NCBI RefSeq assembly: GCF_006345805.1
Contig: NC_043005.1
Span: 79,360,001-79,424,000 of the forward strand
Reading direction: 5' to 3'
DNA length: 64,000 nt
From: Octopus sinensis
Taxonomy: Eukaryota
Positions 26,735 through 41,210 of this stretch are shown here, one piece after another. The notes below the pieces were generated by a model that was not told the origin of the DNA, ran no database searches, and worked only from the letters and a program-made list of their open reading frames with translations. The translations under genes were made by a program, and so were the position numbers. Each line of letters starts with the position of its first letter. The stretch's first letter is position 1.

Positions 26735-26790
26735 GTGTGTGTCTATTGCCAAAGTATTTGCGTGACTATGCTTAGGCAATAGATACACAC
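26735..26790. mobile_element. 56-bp mini palindromic insertion
   Basis: 16-bp arms GTGTGTGTCTATTGCC / GGCAATAGATACACAC interrupt the transposase homology. A 33-bp partial second copy lies at 28540-28572. Confidence 0.7.
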
Positions 26791-28341
26791 TCGCAATAGC
26801 CGTCTGAATTGAGGCTAAGGCTCTGCATAAAGATGTGATGCTGCATGAGACATCCCACACAAGAGACACCCACAGACAACCACACCTTGAGGGAACTCGG
26901 ATTTCCTGATGTCCATGAGATACATTACAGGCTTTACAGTGTCTACAGCATTGCGCAGCTGCCATGATTTCGGCATTTTGATACCCGGCCTAGATCTTTG
27001 ATCTAACACCTCCACTCTATTTTCAGACATTTGATCTAATACTTAGAGATCCCCATTGTTATATCTTTAATGTCTTGACTAAATATTTAACACTCGGTTG
27101 AGCACTATCATTTGGTTATTGCGTGCTCTTTGAGACCATTCTTGTGCGAAGATCATATCCTGGTTTCCTACCTGTTGATAATTGATCAATTGTGATTCCC
27201 TTCCAGTAATTTCTCAGCTGGTTTTTGAGATTATGTAATCTATCCGTCTCACCCAATAAATGATAGTGGGAGGGCTTAATTATTTTATAGTTATATAGAG
27301 AAGGTAATCAGAGATTAGAAAGTCTAGTGCTTGCACCGAGATTGTGAGCTGAACTGTGTTCTATACACGACTAGACGTGAAGTATATATATATGGGGGGG
27401 GGTCTGTCTGTGTGTGTGTGTGTGTGTCTGTGTGTGTATGTGTGTGTGTTTGTGTGTATGTGTCTGTCTGTGTGTTAGTGTGTGCGTGCTGTGGATAGAC
27501 ACAAAATCCTGAAGTCTTGCCTTACATAGTGTTTCTGTATACTCCTATATCTTAAGGTGAATGAAAATGTTCTTTCAAGAAAAACCGTTTTTCCACTGAG
27601 GAATAATGGGTAATTTATTAGAGCCAACCTAGCTATAGCTTATATATTTCGATCTTGGAACACAAAATGGGTGACTTATAGAATTACTTGAAATTTAATT
27701 CCCATGTAGGATAACAATAATTTTTAACATTGTATTTTCAAATCCTTAACGGGGTTAATTATACACATAATTATATAATCAGAGAGTGCAAACTCTGCTT
27801 ACGGTTGACAGCTCTCTTTAAACATAGCAAGAGTTTACATGATGAAGCGAGTCAGTGTTAATTAAAGCCCTGTCGGTCTTTCATACCTACAAGGTTCACA
27901 CAAAAGGTGACGGTTACAGTAGTATCCTGAATTTCAATTGAAAATCGTTGCTTTATGACAAAGTAAGAAATCATTACTATTAGGTATTTCTCACTAGTAT
28001 CATTAGTCAGTAATTTTGCTATTGATCCGTGTCATAGATTGTACTATTGATCATCATCAATGCTTTTATACACATATTTTATACAGAGTATGTTTCTTTT
28101 GTTGTCGCTTCCTTAGAAAAACGACTGTGTTTTCATCCTTAAAAACATTATTCTCCCGTTTGTCGCTCCTATAAAGGGCTCTCTAAGACCGGTATAACTT
28201 CTATGGTTGCTTTACACAAATGTTGTCTCTTATTTTCATTGTAAAGGGAAAGATGATAGACAAGCGTCAGACAGAATGAAGACAATGATATGAATATTAT
28301 TGTACTTATCAATAAAATAACAACAACAACACCAACAATTA

Positions 28342-28402
<61 letters not shown>

Positions 28403-28750
28403 GTTATTGTTATTATTATTATATAATAGTATAGTTATTGTTATTATTATTATATAATAGTATAGTTATTGTTATTAGTATTACTGTTCTGGCATTGTTA
28501 ATACGATTGTCCAACTAGTCTACACAGCTATGGATGCACTTGCGTGGCTATGCTTAGGCAATAGACACACACACGCACACACACACACCCACACGTACGC
28601 GCAAACACAAACAAACACGTAAACACGTACACGCACAAGTTAATACGTGAAACATATGTATAAATGTATATGCATGTATGTAGGTAGGTGGTATGTTGTA
28701 GGTGGGTATGTAGGTAGGTATCTATGTCTGTGTATATATGTATGTATATG

Positions 28751-28803
<53 letters not shown>

Positions 28804-28848
28804 GGTTAGATAAATGGATGTATGCACGTATAAACTTATATATGTATG

Positions 28849-28887
<39 letters not shown>

Positions 28888-28888
28888 C

Positions 28889-28975
<87 letters not shown>

Positions 28976-29041
28976 GTATACATACATACATGCATATATA
29001 CATATTTCTCTGTGTAATAATTGTTTTTAGTACATTATATA

Positions 29042-29094
<53 letters not shown>

Positions 29095-29099
29095 ATATA

Positions 29100-29138
<39 letters not shown>

Positions 29139-29184
29139 GTATAAATATATGTGCGTATGCATGTGGGGAGTTGTATACGCACAG

Positions 29185-29245
<61 letters not shown>

Positions 29246-29288
29246 TATATAAATATAAATACGTATATATACACACAAGGACACACAT

Positions 29289-29371
<83 letters not shown>

Positions 29372-30109
29372 CACACATTCATATACACGAACATATATAC
29401 ACATATTCATGAATAAGCTCACATATACAGATGTATGTAGCCATTATGCAAATATCAATGGGATCTTGAAATCACAATTAAGTGCAGTTTTGCTAAGCAA
29501 ATACACTTAACGTTACTCACATCGAAATCAATCTAACAACGACGCGGTTGCATGCTATAGGGCTACTTTTAACCTGCTCGACGCTGCCTTACAAGTCTGA
29601 CAATGAGACTGAGGACAAAATAGCAAATTGCAACAAGCATTCAGATGTAGACTCTATAGTCGTATTCAAGGGTTTTACCTGATTGTTTTCACTGGAGACA
29701 AAGCAAAATACTTTTGTTTTCGACAGGCAAAATCATTAAAAGCATACAGGTACACACATGCACACATGCATACACAGATACAACTCCACTCAAACACACG
29801 CAGGCTAGTTCATACAGATGTATGCAAAAAACGATTACACACACATGCACACATAAACACACATACACGCACAATATATATATATATGTGTGTGTGTGTA
29901 TGTGTGTGTGTATATATATATACATACATGGAGAAACAAAAATAAAATAATAATTTTGATATATAACCATATCTGTATATGCATGTTTTTTTACATATGT
30001 AGGTATATGAATGCATATATTTGTATATATACATATATGTATGTATGTATTTATGTATGTATGTATCTATTTATCTATCTATCTATCTATATCTATATAT
30101 TTATACATG

Positions 30110-30144
<35 letters not shown>

Positions 30145-30179
30145 ATAAATATAAATGTGTGTGTGTGTGTATGTGTAAT

Positions 30180-30715
30180 ATCATATAACTTAGATAATCT
30201 AGATAACTTCTGGTTGTTTCGATTAATGGTTGGTCCAGACCATGTCTCTAACTTAATAGAAACACCTGATAGGATTAGCTAAATTCTTTTTAATCCAGGT
30301 TTAGTGGTATCATCATCCATTCGAGTAGCGAGTTCTTGTTGAATGAGTTGTATCCAGGTATAGGTTGCTATTTTGATATCTCTTAAAGAAATTTGTCCAG
30401 ATTCCATTTCAAGAGATGCGATCCTTTTCCTCTTTCAACTGTTTCGAGACAATGTCAAATAGGGCAGGGTCTGCAGAGGAAATGAAATTGTGTTGCAGTG
30501 TATTTATGTGTTGTTATCGTGAATTAGGTAGGGAACGTGTGGCCCGTAGTCCTAGCCATGGATGGATTTTGAAGGCTAATGTTGAGGTCGTTTGGGCAAT
30601 GCTGCTGGTATATTCTTCCCATCGTACAAATGATGTATCGTTCATGGCGGCGTTGGAGAGAATAGGGTTTCAATGCTTTAAGGCAGTCCCAATTATCGAG
30701 ATCAGTCATGCCTTT
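30180..30715 (-). mobile_element. CR1-type LINE 3' end (same family as 5025-5925)
   Basis: WDCLKALKPYSLQRRHERYIICTM...QQHCPNDLNI...AGPALFDIV. Ends in a short tandem tail (AAGTTATCTAGATTATCTAAGTTAT). Confidence 0.9.
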
Positions 30716-30800
30716 AACTCTTTTTAGTGAATGACCACTGGGATGATTCAATTTTCGAAATGTTTTGTTTTGTATGGAGAGAACTTACACTGCAACAGTA

Positions 30801-30975
30801 TTCTCTTTTACTTGTTTCAGTCATTTGACTGCGGCCATGCTGGAACACCGCCTTTAGTCTAGCAAATCTTTGTAAGTCTAGAAATTTTTCTATCGGTCTC
30901 TTTTGCCGAACCGCTAAGATGTAAACACACCACCAGCGGTTGTCAAGCGATGGTGTGGGGACAAACACAGACACA
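30801..30975 (-). mobile_element. SINE family A 3' half
   Basis: CTTGTTTCAGTCATTTGACTGCGGCCATGCTGG...TTGTCAAGCGATG. Confidence 0.9.
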
Positions 30976-31653
30976 AAAACATATACACACATACATATAT
31001 ATATCAAACGGAGATAAATGTACCTGTGAAACGAATCACATCTTCTTCGCAAAAAAGCCATGAAAGATATGACGAATGAGCAAGCGTGTTGTCATGGTGA
31101 AGCTTTTGTTTGTACACCTATCGGCTGTCATGCTTCGCATGACAGTTGTCAGACACCTCATGATACCCTAGTAAATCTCTTTAATCATCATGTAGCACAT
31201 CCTTTATGATGGACTCTGTAATGATTATTATCTTCACTTCTTGTACAATTAAACGACTCTAAAATGCTTAATTTGGCCTTGGGAACAGTGTTCGCGTATA
31301 ACCTGAACAGTCATGTTCGTTCTTCATTCATATTCATACTCTTTAAATATGAATGCTTTAGTAACTGTTATGCAACTCTTAAGTAAGTTTCCATCAATAT
31401 TCGAACTATTAAACGTCTTGGCAGATTGCTAATCGGTACTCTTTTTGTTTCATCGCCAATAGATATTTGTGGCTTGTAGTCCTAGTATTTAAGTAAGTTT
31501 TAACAAATTTTAAAACAGAAAGTTGTCATACACACTTTTCTGTTAGCGAAGCTTATCACTCTTAATCCTTAGAGTAACAGATCAATCTGATAGGCGAAAT
31601 TATTTGATGTCAGATATCAGCATAGATATTCCGAATCTTGTCCTTACCTTCAG

Positions 31654-31707
31654 AACGCAGAGTAGACGAAACAGGGACAACTGAAGAAGGGGAATATTCC
31701 TTGTGTT
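31654..31707 (+). CDS. Candidate 54-nt symmetric exon (phase 1 to 1), RRVDETGTTEEGEYSLC
   Basis: Acceptor CTTGTCCTTACCTTCAG, donor TT|GTATGT. Only one frame is open. Confidence 0.45.
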
Positions 31708-34429
31708 GTATGTCTTGTACTATGTTTTTTTCGTTGTTTGAAAAAAAGTTCGTTTCCATGTTTTTGTTTTTATGTTTTCGTTTCTCATTCGTTCAACGTT
31801 TTTTTTGGTGTCCTGTACCCATATATGCATGTATATATACATATAGATGTAGGTATGTACATATATGTATGTATATATGCGTATGTTTATATATTATTTA
31901 ATTTATTATATGATCGAACGCCACGCATCCATTTCCAAGTAAGTTTTATCTACATAACTACATACATACATAAATACATACATATATACAACTTATATAC
32001 ACATATAGGTATGTATATACATGTGTGTAGGTAAGTATACATTTCTGTGCATATATGCATGAGCGCATAAACCTATATGTATATGTACATGTCTATATAT
32101 GCATACCTTTGTATATATATATATATTTCTTTCGAAGTTAAACGCTTACTTGGCGAAAGTAGTTGCAGATGATTCAATTTGTAAGGATAAACTCAGGTAG
32201 AGAGAAAATACTTTCAAATTAACATTTAAACAGCACACCTATACTTTCACATACATTGGAAAATACATTCAGACATAAATTTCCCAAAGTTTAACCGTCT
32301 TTTTATCAGAAATCGTAGCAGACACATTATTAAAATTATTTGGAAGTTATTAGAACACGCTAAACTTTATTCTCAATGCAATAATGATTTTGACCTTTAT
32401 ATTTCTAGTATAATGGCTATATTGATCTATATGGGACCCATCCTTAGCACTCAGTCACGAACTACTGTATTTTATTATAAATCAAAGTGTTTGTTAAAGT
32501 ATTTAGAAATGGGAATGTGTCGATCACCAAATAGCTTTGTGCAATAATGTTATGTGCTTTCTTTATTTCATAACCATCGGTTATTTATTTCGTGTACAAA
32601 TATGAGCTTTGACATGTTTATTATTATTAAAAGTGGTCTGCGGAATTTCGAATAAAATTTTTGCATATATGTGAGTGTGTATGTGTGTGCGTGTGTGCGC
32701 ATGCATGAGTGCGAGTCATTCAGAGAGATAGAAAGAGAGAAAGAGAGAGATAGGGAGTGTGTGTGTGTGTGTATGTGTGTGTGCGTGTTACTCGAAGTAT
32801 GTCTTTCTGCCAGCACACCGCCTCACATGAAAGGTATATCGAGTGTGGTGATGGTAGAGGGACTAAAAACATAATCGGAGTTGTCCCGTTTGCACCGTCA
32901 TTTTCATATCTCACTCGATAACAACTGACTTCTGAATTAAAACTTCAAAAAGAAAAGTAAAAACCATTGTTCATTATGAAACGGTTGATTAAGATCGCAA
33001 ATCATAAAACCCAGAAAATTCGTTATAGGATGCAGAGAAAAACGCTTTCATCGGTCTTTATGTTCTGAGTTCAAAATTCGCCGAGATTGACTTTACTTTT
33101 CATTCTTTCGGAGTCGATAAAATAAGTGCCAGTTGAACACTGGTTTCGATGTAATCGATTGACTGTATTTGCTGGACTTGTGCTAAAATTTGAAACCGAT
33201 GTGTTTATCATTTTTGTAAGACGATATCTGTGATTTGAGGGAGATTTGGCTGCAATATCTAGACTCTTGAATATCTACATAAACGCCGCCCTCGTTTACT
33301 CGAACAAACGCTGGGTTAAACTACAGCAACATCAGCGACAACACTTTTCCATGAGAGAAAAAATAAGTGAACATTTAATATTACCGATGGATATGCTAAA
33401 TGAAACAGCCGGATATCCATCAAACCTGAAATTTCTATCATACAACACATACTGTATAGCTGTTGTGATATAAAATGTATGCTGGTCATAACTGGAACGC
33501 CTTTACTCATTGGCACGCTAACTCATGGCTCATCTGATGTTAACGACCAATAAGAGCGTTTTCTTTTTTAGAAATTAATGGTATAAAAGATGCACATCTT
33601 TTCCCAAGACATGTCTCAAAAACACAAATCCGACAATTGTATGTGGAGTTGGGCCTTCAATGAGCTAATTTTCTTTTAATGCACTAAAATCTTTTTCGGT
33701 GATTATGCAACACTAAAATAGGGTGCATCTAATACACTCGTCCGTATTTTATGCCACGAGATGTCTGATTTTTTTTTATATATTGACAATAGGTCTGTAT
33801 TTGAGAGTGATTAACTGATTATTTTAACCTCAATATATAGATAGCATTCATTTCATTTAACTAGATGTAGATGGGAAAATGAATGCGACAACCTTGGAAT
33901 TCGAACAAAGGGACTAACCGAATAGCCTAAACATTGATTGTAGTGCTGTACATGTTCTGGTATTTCGTCTCTTCTTTTGGCTGTTTCAATCTATAACCTA
34001 GATACGATAGTTACATATTTAGTGGACTGTGTATACTCATGTAAGGAGATGCTTGATACTGGGTAAACGGTGAGCTAGAAAAGTCTTCAGCTAAAGACCA
34101 CCAGCCAAGCAAGTGTTTCGGCCCGTTACTTCCTACTTTCTAAGGGAGCCGGCCCACCTATATCTTGACTTCTAGATGTCTTTCTCCTAGTTTCGAAATG
34201 CTGATCTTAGTGAGGATTGAACCTGGTCCTTTCGGGTGATTTATTTAACAGAACTGAAATTTACAGCCCGGTTACAAAGCAACCGAAAATAACTTGTTTT
34301 GCAGGTCTATTTAAAGGCGGCGAGCTAGGACAGGTAAGTGATGCTAGCGGATGGGGACGTTGGCACCACTTTCATATATCATTTTCATAATTCATTTTAC
34401 CCATATCTATGTAATTGTGATGTTCTATG

Positions 34430-35660
34430 TCCCCAATGTTTGTAGTGTCCCCTCTGTGTAGCCCCTCGTGGGTAATAAAGAATCAAGAAACGTTAGCACG
34501 CCGGGCGAAATGCGTAGCCGTATTTCGTCTACCGTTACGTTCTGAGTTCAAATTCCGTCGAGGTCGACTTTTCCTTTCATCCTTTCGGGGTCGATAAATT
34601 AAGTACCAGCTACGCACTGGGGTCGATGCAATCGACTTAATCCGTTTGTCTGTCCTTGTTTATCCCATCTGTGTTTAGCCCCTTGTGGGTAGTAAAGAAA
34701 TATATTTGAATCTGGATTTTCCTCCTACTGTTCTCCGTCTGGAGATTTTGTAGTGTTGTATTTCAGCTCTAGCTATCAGCTCTCCCACAGTTCTCTTTGC
34801 CCTGAGACACGTTCTATCTTCGCTGTTCTTTTGTAACCTTTGATTCCATGTGGACAGGTATCAGTACTTTATTTTTTATATTTTGTGTATAAGGCAGTGG
34901 GCCAGTAGAATTATTAGCACACCGGACAAAATGGTGACCAGGATTTACAAAAGTAACTCAACCACCGAAAGTTACGTTCGTCTCATTTATTACAATATGA
35001 AACGAGGCGGCGAGCTGGCAGAAACGTTAGCACGCTGGGTGAAATACTTTCCGGTATATCATCTGTATTTTCGTTCTGAGTTCAAATTCCGTCGAGGTCG
35101 ACTTTGCCTTTCATCCTTTTGGGGGCCAATAAATTAAGTAGCAGTTATGCACTGGGGTCGATGTAATCGACTTAGTCCGTTTGTCTGTCCTTGTTTGTCC
35201 TCTCTGTGTTTAGTCTCTTGTGGGGCAATAAGGAAATAAAAAACGTTAGCACGCTCGGTGAATGCTTTTCAATATTTTATTTGTCTTTACGTACTGAGTT
35301 CAAATTCCGTCGAGGTCGACTTTGCCTTTCATCCTTTCCGGGGTCGATAAATTAAGTACCAGTTGCGTACTGGGGTCGATCTTATCGACTGGCTCCCTCC
35401 TCAAAAATTTCGGACCTTGTGCCCAAAGTAGAAAAGGATATAAAACAGGGTGTCCATTTCTTACAGAGTCAGTGAATTTGAATTGCGAATTGTTGTTGTT
35501 GTCGTTGTTAACGTTCAAATTCGGCCGAGGTCGATTTTGTTTTTCACCCTTTCGGGGTCAATAAATTAAATACTAGTCAAGCAGTAGATGGGTGGGGGTG
35601 GGGTCGATGATGAAATCGACTCCTCACCTCCCACAAAATTTCAGGCCTGCACTTGTTGTA
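34430..35660 (+). mobile_element. Cluster of SINE-B copies, partly head-to-tail
   Basis: Four core motifs GAGGTCGA-TTT-C-TTTCA-CCTTT-GGGG, with both tail types present. Confidence 0.92.
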
Positions 35661-36176
35661 GAAAGGACTATATTTTCTATATTCTTTCCTTTTTAATATG
35701 GAAAGATTGATATCATAGTCCAGCATAAACTGGATTCGAAATTAGGAAATAAGGGACGAAATTATCATTATAATACATATTCCCACCTGTTTATTGATTC
35801 AATCAAACCAGCACTCCCTGTCTTTATCACGCTCCTTCTCTTTATACCCTTTTCGCTGTATAATTAATACAAGTATTTTCATATAATTAATCTACATGTC
35901 AATTGCGATGCAGATCGACTAAGTCTAAAGTACTGGAACACACATATATATATAATATTCATCTACATTCATATTAAAAGTAAACACATGCACACTGACT
36001 CTCACACGCACCCACGATTATATATATATATATATGCATATATATACCATTTATCTTTATATACATACACGCATTTGTAAGTGTGTATGTGTGTGTGTTT
36101 GTGTGTGTACATACGTCAAATCATCCGCACGTCTTCCTGCTTCTGTGTGTTTGCATATATGCATACATACATGTAT

Positions 36177-36209
<33 letters not shown>

Positions 36210-37517
36210 CATATAGAGGCACACACATGTATATGAACATATATATATATATATAAACATATATATATATAAGTACATATATATATATATATAAATAAAC
36301 ATATATATATATATATGCATGTGTGTGTGTGTGATTATATTCCTATACCTGTTCCAGTGTGTGCTTATCTTGCTGTGAGTGGCATCAAAATATCTTCGGT
36401 AAATTAATATTTGCACAATTATAACATTTTGTGTAACAGCTTTTATTTCTCCGTTTTCTTTTTTCTTCCTTATTGCTGCACCTCTAGCGACAATTTGCAT
36501 TATGATGGGGACTATATAAATCTATTTCCAAGTTGAATATGGTTACAGTAGGCTTGTTTGCTCTCCTGTAAAAAGCTTGGGACATTTTCCTCTTTATAAA
36601 TAATAGTTTCACTTCAGAGTTTTATCGTTATTGTTATCTCTCTTTCTTTCATTGACCCGGCATACGTTTCTTAATTGAGTCCAGCAAATTAACACACGAT
36701 TGTTTGTATACTACATTCTGTTTAGTATCCTTAATGATGGCGAAACAATAAGCAATAAAACATTCAGGGCGATGGTTGGTGTTAGTGAATGACGCAGGGT
36801 TCTTTTCTGAACTGAAAGGAGATGCAACTTTGTTGGTTCGTTCGTTGTAGTTGTTGTAACTTGTTAGTATTTCGTTATTGTAATGTTTGGGCTTAGTTTT
36901 TGCACGCCTTATTCACTGTAAGTCGTTAAAAGTTCTTAGTTTACCGAAGGTGACTATGGAAATAAATGCACTAATTACATCAAATTAGAGAAAACAGAAG
37001 TTGACATAAATAGAGGAAATAAAGTAATTATTTCTTGTATAATAAAGCAGCATTGGGAAGGTTCATTCGGAATAGAGATCCAGTTAATATGAATGGGGGA
37101 AATGTGGTGGGAATTATTTGTTATGGGGCGCGGGGGATGTGTGCCCTTTGTTCTTAAATGTATAGAGTACAAAAATCTCAGAATTTTATTTGAAAATCTC
37201 GGTTATATATTGAATGCATTAACTGATGATAGCTAGAATAAACGTAACACAAACACGTACATAGATAATCCCGTACATACATATACTCACGCAAACACGT
37301 ATGTGTTTGCATCATCGAGGCGATAGTATTTCTTTGGTGAGTAAAATATCGGTGGTTCGTTTTCAGTCGACATCACTACATGACATTGGTTTCGAATTTT
37401 CGCACAAGGCCGGGAATTTCGGGGGGACGTGGAGGAGGTAAATCGATTACATCGACCCCAGTACTCAGCGCCGAGCTCAGCAGAATTTGACTTCACACAC
37501 AAACATAAACAAATATA

Positions 37518-37580
<63 letters not shown>

Positions 37581-37640
37581 CAATAAGAAAAGGGAAGGGA
37601 TCAATAGGTGGTATACATAAACTTTTGGACGTTATTTTAA

Positions 37641-38009
37641 GTCAATTTATTTATTTATTTATTTACTAAAAGGACAATTATAAGAATATACATACATATA
37701 TTACATGCTATGCTTTACATATATAATATATAAAAATATAAAAATATCAGTAATTATTAAAGTATATAACATATAGCAACAGAAATTGAGATAATATCTT
37801 ACAGCTGTTTCAGCCAAGGGGCAAAAATACCTCATTCTACCTTTATCCCTACAGCTGTTAGATATTATCCCAATTTCTGTTCCTGGATGTTATATATTTT
37901 AATAATTACTGATATTTTTATATTTTATATATTATATATGTAAAGCATAATATTTTGTACATGTATGTATGTTGTTATAATTGTCCTTTTACTAAATAAA
38001 TAAATTGAC
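37641..38009. mobile_element. Foldback element 3 (~165-bp arms, 42-bp spacer)
   Basis: GTCAATTTATTTATTT...AAAAGGACAATTATAA...ACAGCTGT (37641-37808) is inverted at 37851-38009. Confidence 0.93.
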
Positions 38010-39692
38010 ATTATATATTGTCTAAAAGTTGATGAATACCACCTATTGATCCCCTCCATTTTCTTATTGCTCTATAAATTAATGATAAAATAACTCTTTA
38101 CCCTCACCCATTTATTACACTAGGTAATGTAATTGCTACGCAATGAAAAAGCATTTGTGTATTAATAATTGGGTATTCTACCAGCAGTATATTGGATAGA
38201 TATTATATCTTAGTTGACTGGATTCACAACCTCTAACTTACTTGGAATTATATATATACTGCATAGGCTCCCTGCAGGTACAAATAAACTAGGTCAACAA
38301 AAGGTTTTGTGATTGGTATTCAATGTCAGGTAATCGGTGGTGGGACTTTGTCTTCGGTCGAATTCCGAAATCCATGCGTTACCGAGTTCATATGGTATAG
38401 TTATGCAAAGTGGCATGTAAAGTACGCTTAATAATGGGCTTCATACATCTATTTAGACATTGTAGTCTTGCAGGTAGGGCAGTGAGCTGGCAGAATCGTT
38501 AGTACGCTGGGATCGGTTAAATAAGTACCAGTTGCGCACTGGGGTCTATATAATCGACTTAATCCTTTTGTTTGTCCTTGTTTGTCTCTTCTATCTCTAG
38601 CTCCCTGTTTTGCAATGAAGAAATAATTATAGACCCTCAGGTATTTCAGATATGCATTTGGGATTCAGTTATGGTCCAGTATATTCAATCGATCGATCAC
38701 GATCTTCACTATACGTTCAATCGATCGATTAAATTGAACCATGAATGTGCACGAAATATATATCTGAAACAACTGTGAGTTTATAGTGGGCAGATAGATG
38801 TATAAATCTCATTACTTATGCTTATACTTTGTGTGTGTGTGTGTATGTGTTTGTGTGTGTTTGTGCGTGTGTCATTGAAGAATGATCCATCTGTGGTTCG
38901 CGTCATTTCAGTTGCTCTGTGACATTTAATCCTCGAACGACATATTATCATCAAAGAAACATACTCAAAGAATGCTTCTAACGTAAAAGCTACGCACCTA
39001 CTATTTTAAGAGCCTCTTCTTTGTAGAAAATGGTGATATATTTATAAACAGTTAGTTTTTGACTCTGTGTACATTTGTGTGCACGTTTATTGTCGTACCG
39101 TGTGTCTGTATAGATATGGAAACCTACCTATTAACACAATTTTACCTACCAATTTAACGCAACAGGATTTGAGCATGAGTAACGAACGCCTTTGTTACAA
39201 ACATTATTTGCTCTGTTATGGAAGTATTTTCCTAACAATTCTCCAGGAAAGGAAAAATGACTCCAAATGTTTCTAAGGCTTCTTGAATTGTTGCATTAAG
39301 ATTGACTAGAATGCCAAATCAATTGCTTTGTTATTCCAATGAATCTTGTTGAAGACGGCTCACTTGATATTGATCTCATCTCCGGAAAGTTGAGGTTTTC
39401 TATCTTATCAAAATACCAATGATGGTTCACAGCCCTCTGAGACTGTGTTGACGCGATTCCTCATCAGTTTATTGGTAAAAACTATAATCTCTTGCCATTA
39501 TGACTGGCACACATTAACTAATACTTATTCTAACCATAGAAAATTGACATTACGTAAAACATATAGATGAGCTTAGATTTTGGATGGTAGATGAGATACT
39601 TTCAGTGTACAGACAAGTTCAGAACAGTAATGAAATGGAAATCAGGCACTGTTACTTGACAGGAAAAACTTTAATCAATATAGCATTATACT

Positions 39693-40060
39693 AGGGCGGC
39701 GAGCTGGCAGAAACGTTAGCACATCGGGCGAAATGCTTAGCAGTATTTCGTCTGCCGTTATGTTCTGAGTTCAAATTCGGCCGAAGTTGACATTGCCTTT
39801 CATCCTTTCGGAGTCAATAAATTAAGTACCGGTTACGCAATGGGATCGATGTCATCGACTTAATCCATTTCCCTGTATGCCGGGCGAAATGCTTAACGAT
39901 ATTTCGTCTGTCTTTACATTCTGAGTTCAAATCCTGCCGAGTTTGACTTTGCCTTTCAGCCTTTTGGGGTCGATAAATTAAGTACCAGTTGCGTCCTGGA
40001 ATCGATCTAATCGACCGGCTCGCTCCCCAAATTTTCGGGCATTGTGCCTTGAGTAGAAAA
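39693..40060 (+). mobile_element. SINE-B dimer (tail type 2)
   Basis: GGCGGCGAGCTGGCAGAAACGTTAGC head. The second unit restarts at GCCGGGCGAAATGCTT and ends GAGTAGAAAAG. Confidence 0.9.
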
Positions 40061-41210
40061 GTATATAGCATTATATTTCTAGTTATAACTCTCACTTAAT
40101 ATGGAAAAATTTTTAGCATTTCAATTTTATGAAATCCCTTGAGCAGAGATATATGAGTATGTGTTTTAATTGGTCATTTCGAGTTCCTTCTTCCTTTGAA
40201 ATTTGGGAGTATATGATTCTATGATACTTTAAAGTTTCCTCTCCTGACTTGAATTTCAGAGGGATTCGAAGATTGACACAAGAGGGCTGATTAAGTTAAT
40301 ATCGCTAAATCTGCTAATCAGATTATACATGTAATAGATGTAAATATTAAATATTAAATATTAAAGAAGATCTGTAAAATCCCAAGCTTTCAGGAGAAGA
40401 AGGAAGAGAAAACTTAGCTATAATAAAACATGTTGTTATAGATATAGGAATTTTATAAAATTGGAAGATCTAGATGGCCTTCAGTATGAAGCAAATGCTA
40501 CAAATACGAAGGTACCGGAAATAATTTAGAATGGGAAAGTCACCGTTGTATTCAGTTCTGTGTTCAACTATCCACTGTTGGTCTGAAGATGGTAGTGGAA
40601 AGCTAGTCCAGCATGTTGCTCCCTAGACCCACAAAGTGACGTTCATATAGTCAGTGATCTTCAAAACAACAAGATTAGAAAAGACTCTCATGATGATAGT
40701 GTACATGTGGTAATTAGTTCCACGGTTGCTTGAAACATGTAGGCAGTTCTAATTTTTCTATCTATCTGAAATCAACTTGACAAATGAAGTTAGAAACAGT
40801 CCAAAATGCGAAAGGAACCATTGACCATTCGTACAGAGTCTCTCGCCTTAATCGATTCGGCTATTTACACCGTTCGACCGTGTTACTGAATTATATAAAT
40901 GAATACAGTTTAAATGACACATAGTTTACCTCTACCGTTGCTTACACATAACTGATATGCCTGCACAGTGATTAACATGGATTAATTATCGACAAAATGG
41001 AAATCAAATTACTGTATGGCAGCCAAACTTGCCATTGTTAGGAATTGATCTGTAAGCTAAATAATTCCAAGTTTATTTAGTGCTTTTATTCGTATACAGT
41101 TCACTTTGGTGTAATTATTATAAAGTTATTTGATAATGAGTAGTGTTAGTGAGGGCAAATTATTTTCATAAAGAACAACATTTATTAGCAATTTATACAT
41201 CTCAGCATCT

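Larger units (their letters stand above)
25959..27050 (-). mobile_element. Tc1/mariner element (related to the 416-861 copy), degenerate, with two nested insertions
   Basis: Minus strand gives SEFPQGVVV...HHIF...LNSDGY, WVWQKDS...KCQKWLSDN, CNAMDYHV*GTVERD...KNAY. Terminus-like TA|CTGGGTAC at 25957. Confidence 0.82.

Noticed and set aside
26489-26965. 158-aa Cys-rich ORF as a novel protein
   Set aside because: It is an off-frame reading of a decayed mariner transposase plus a nested insertion.
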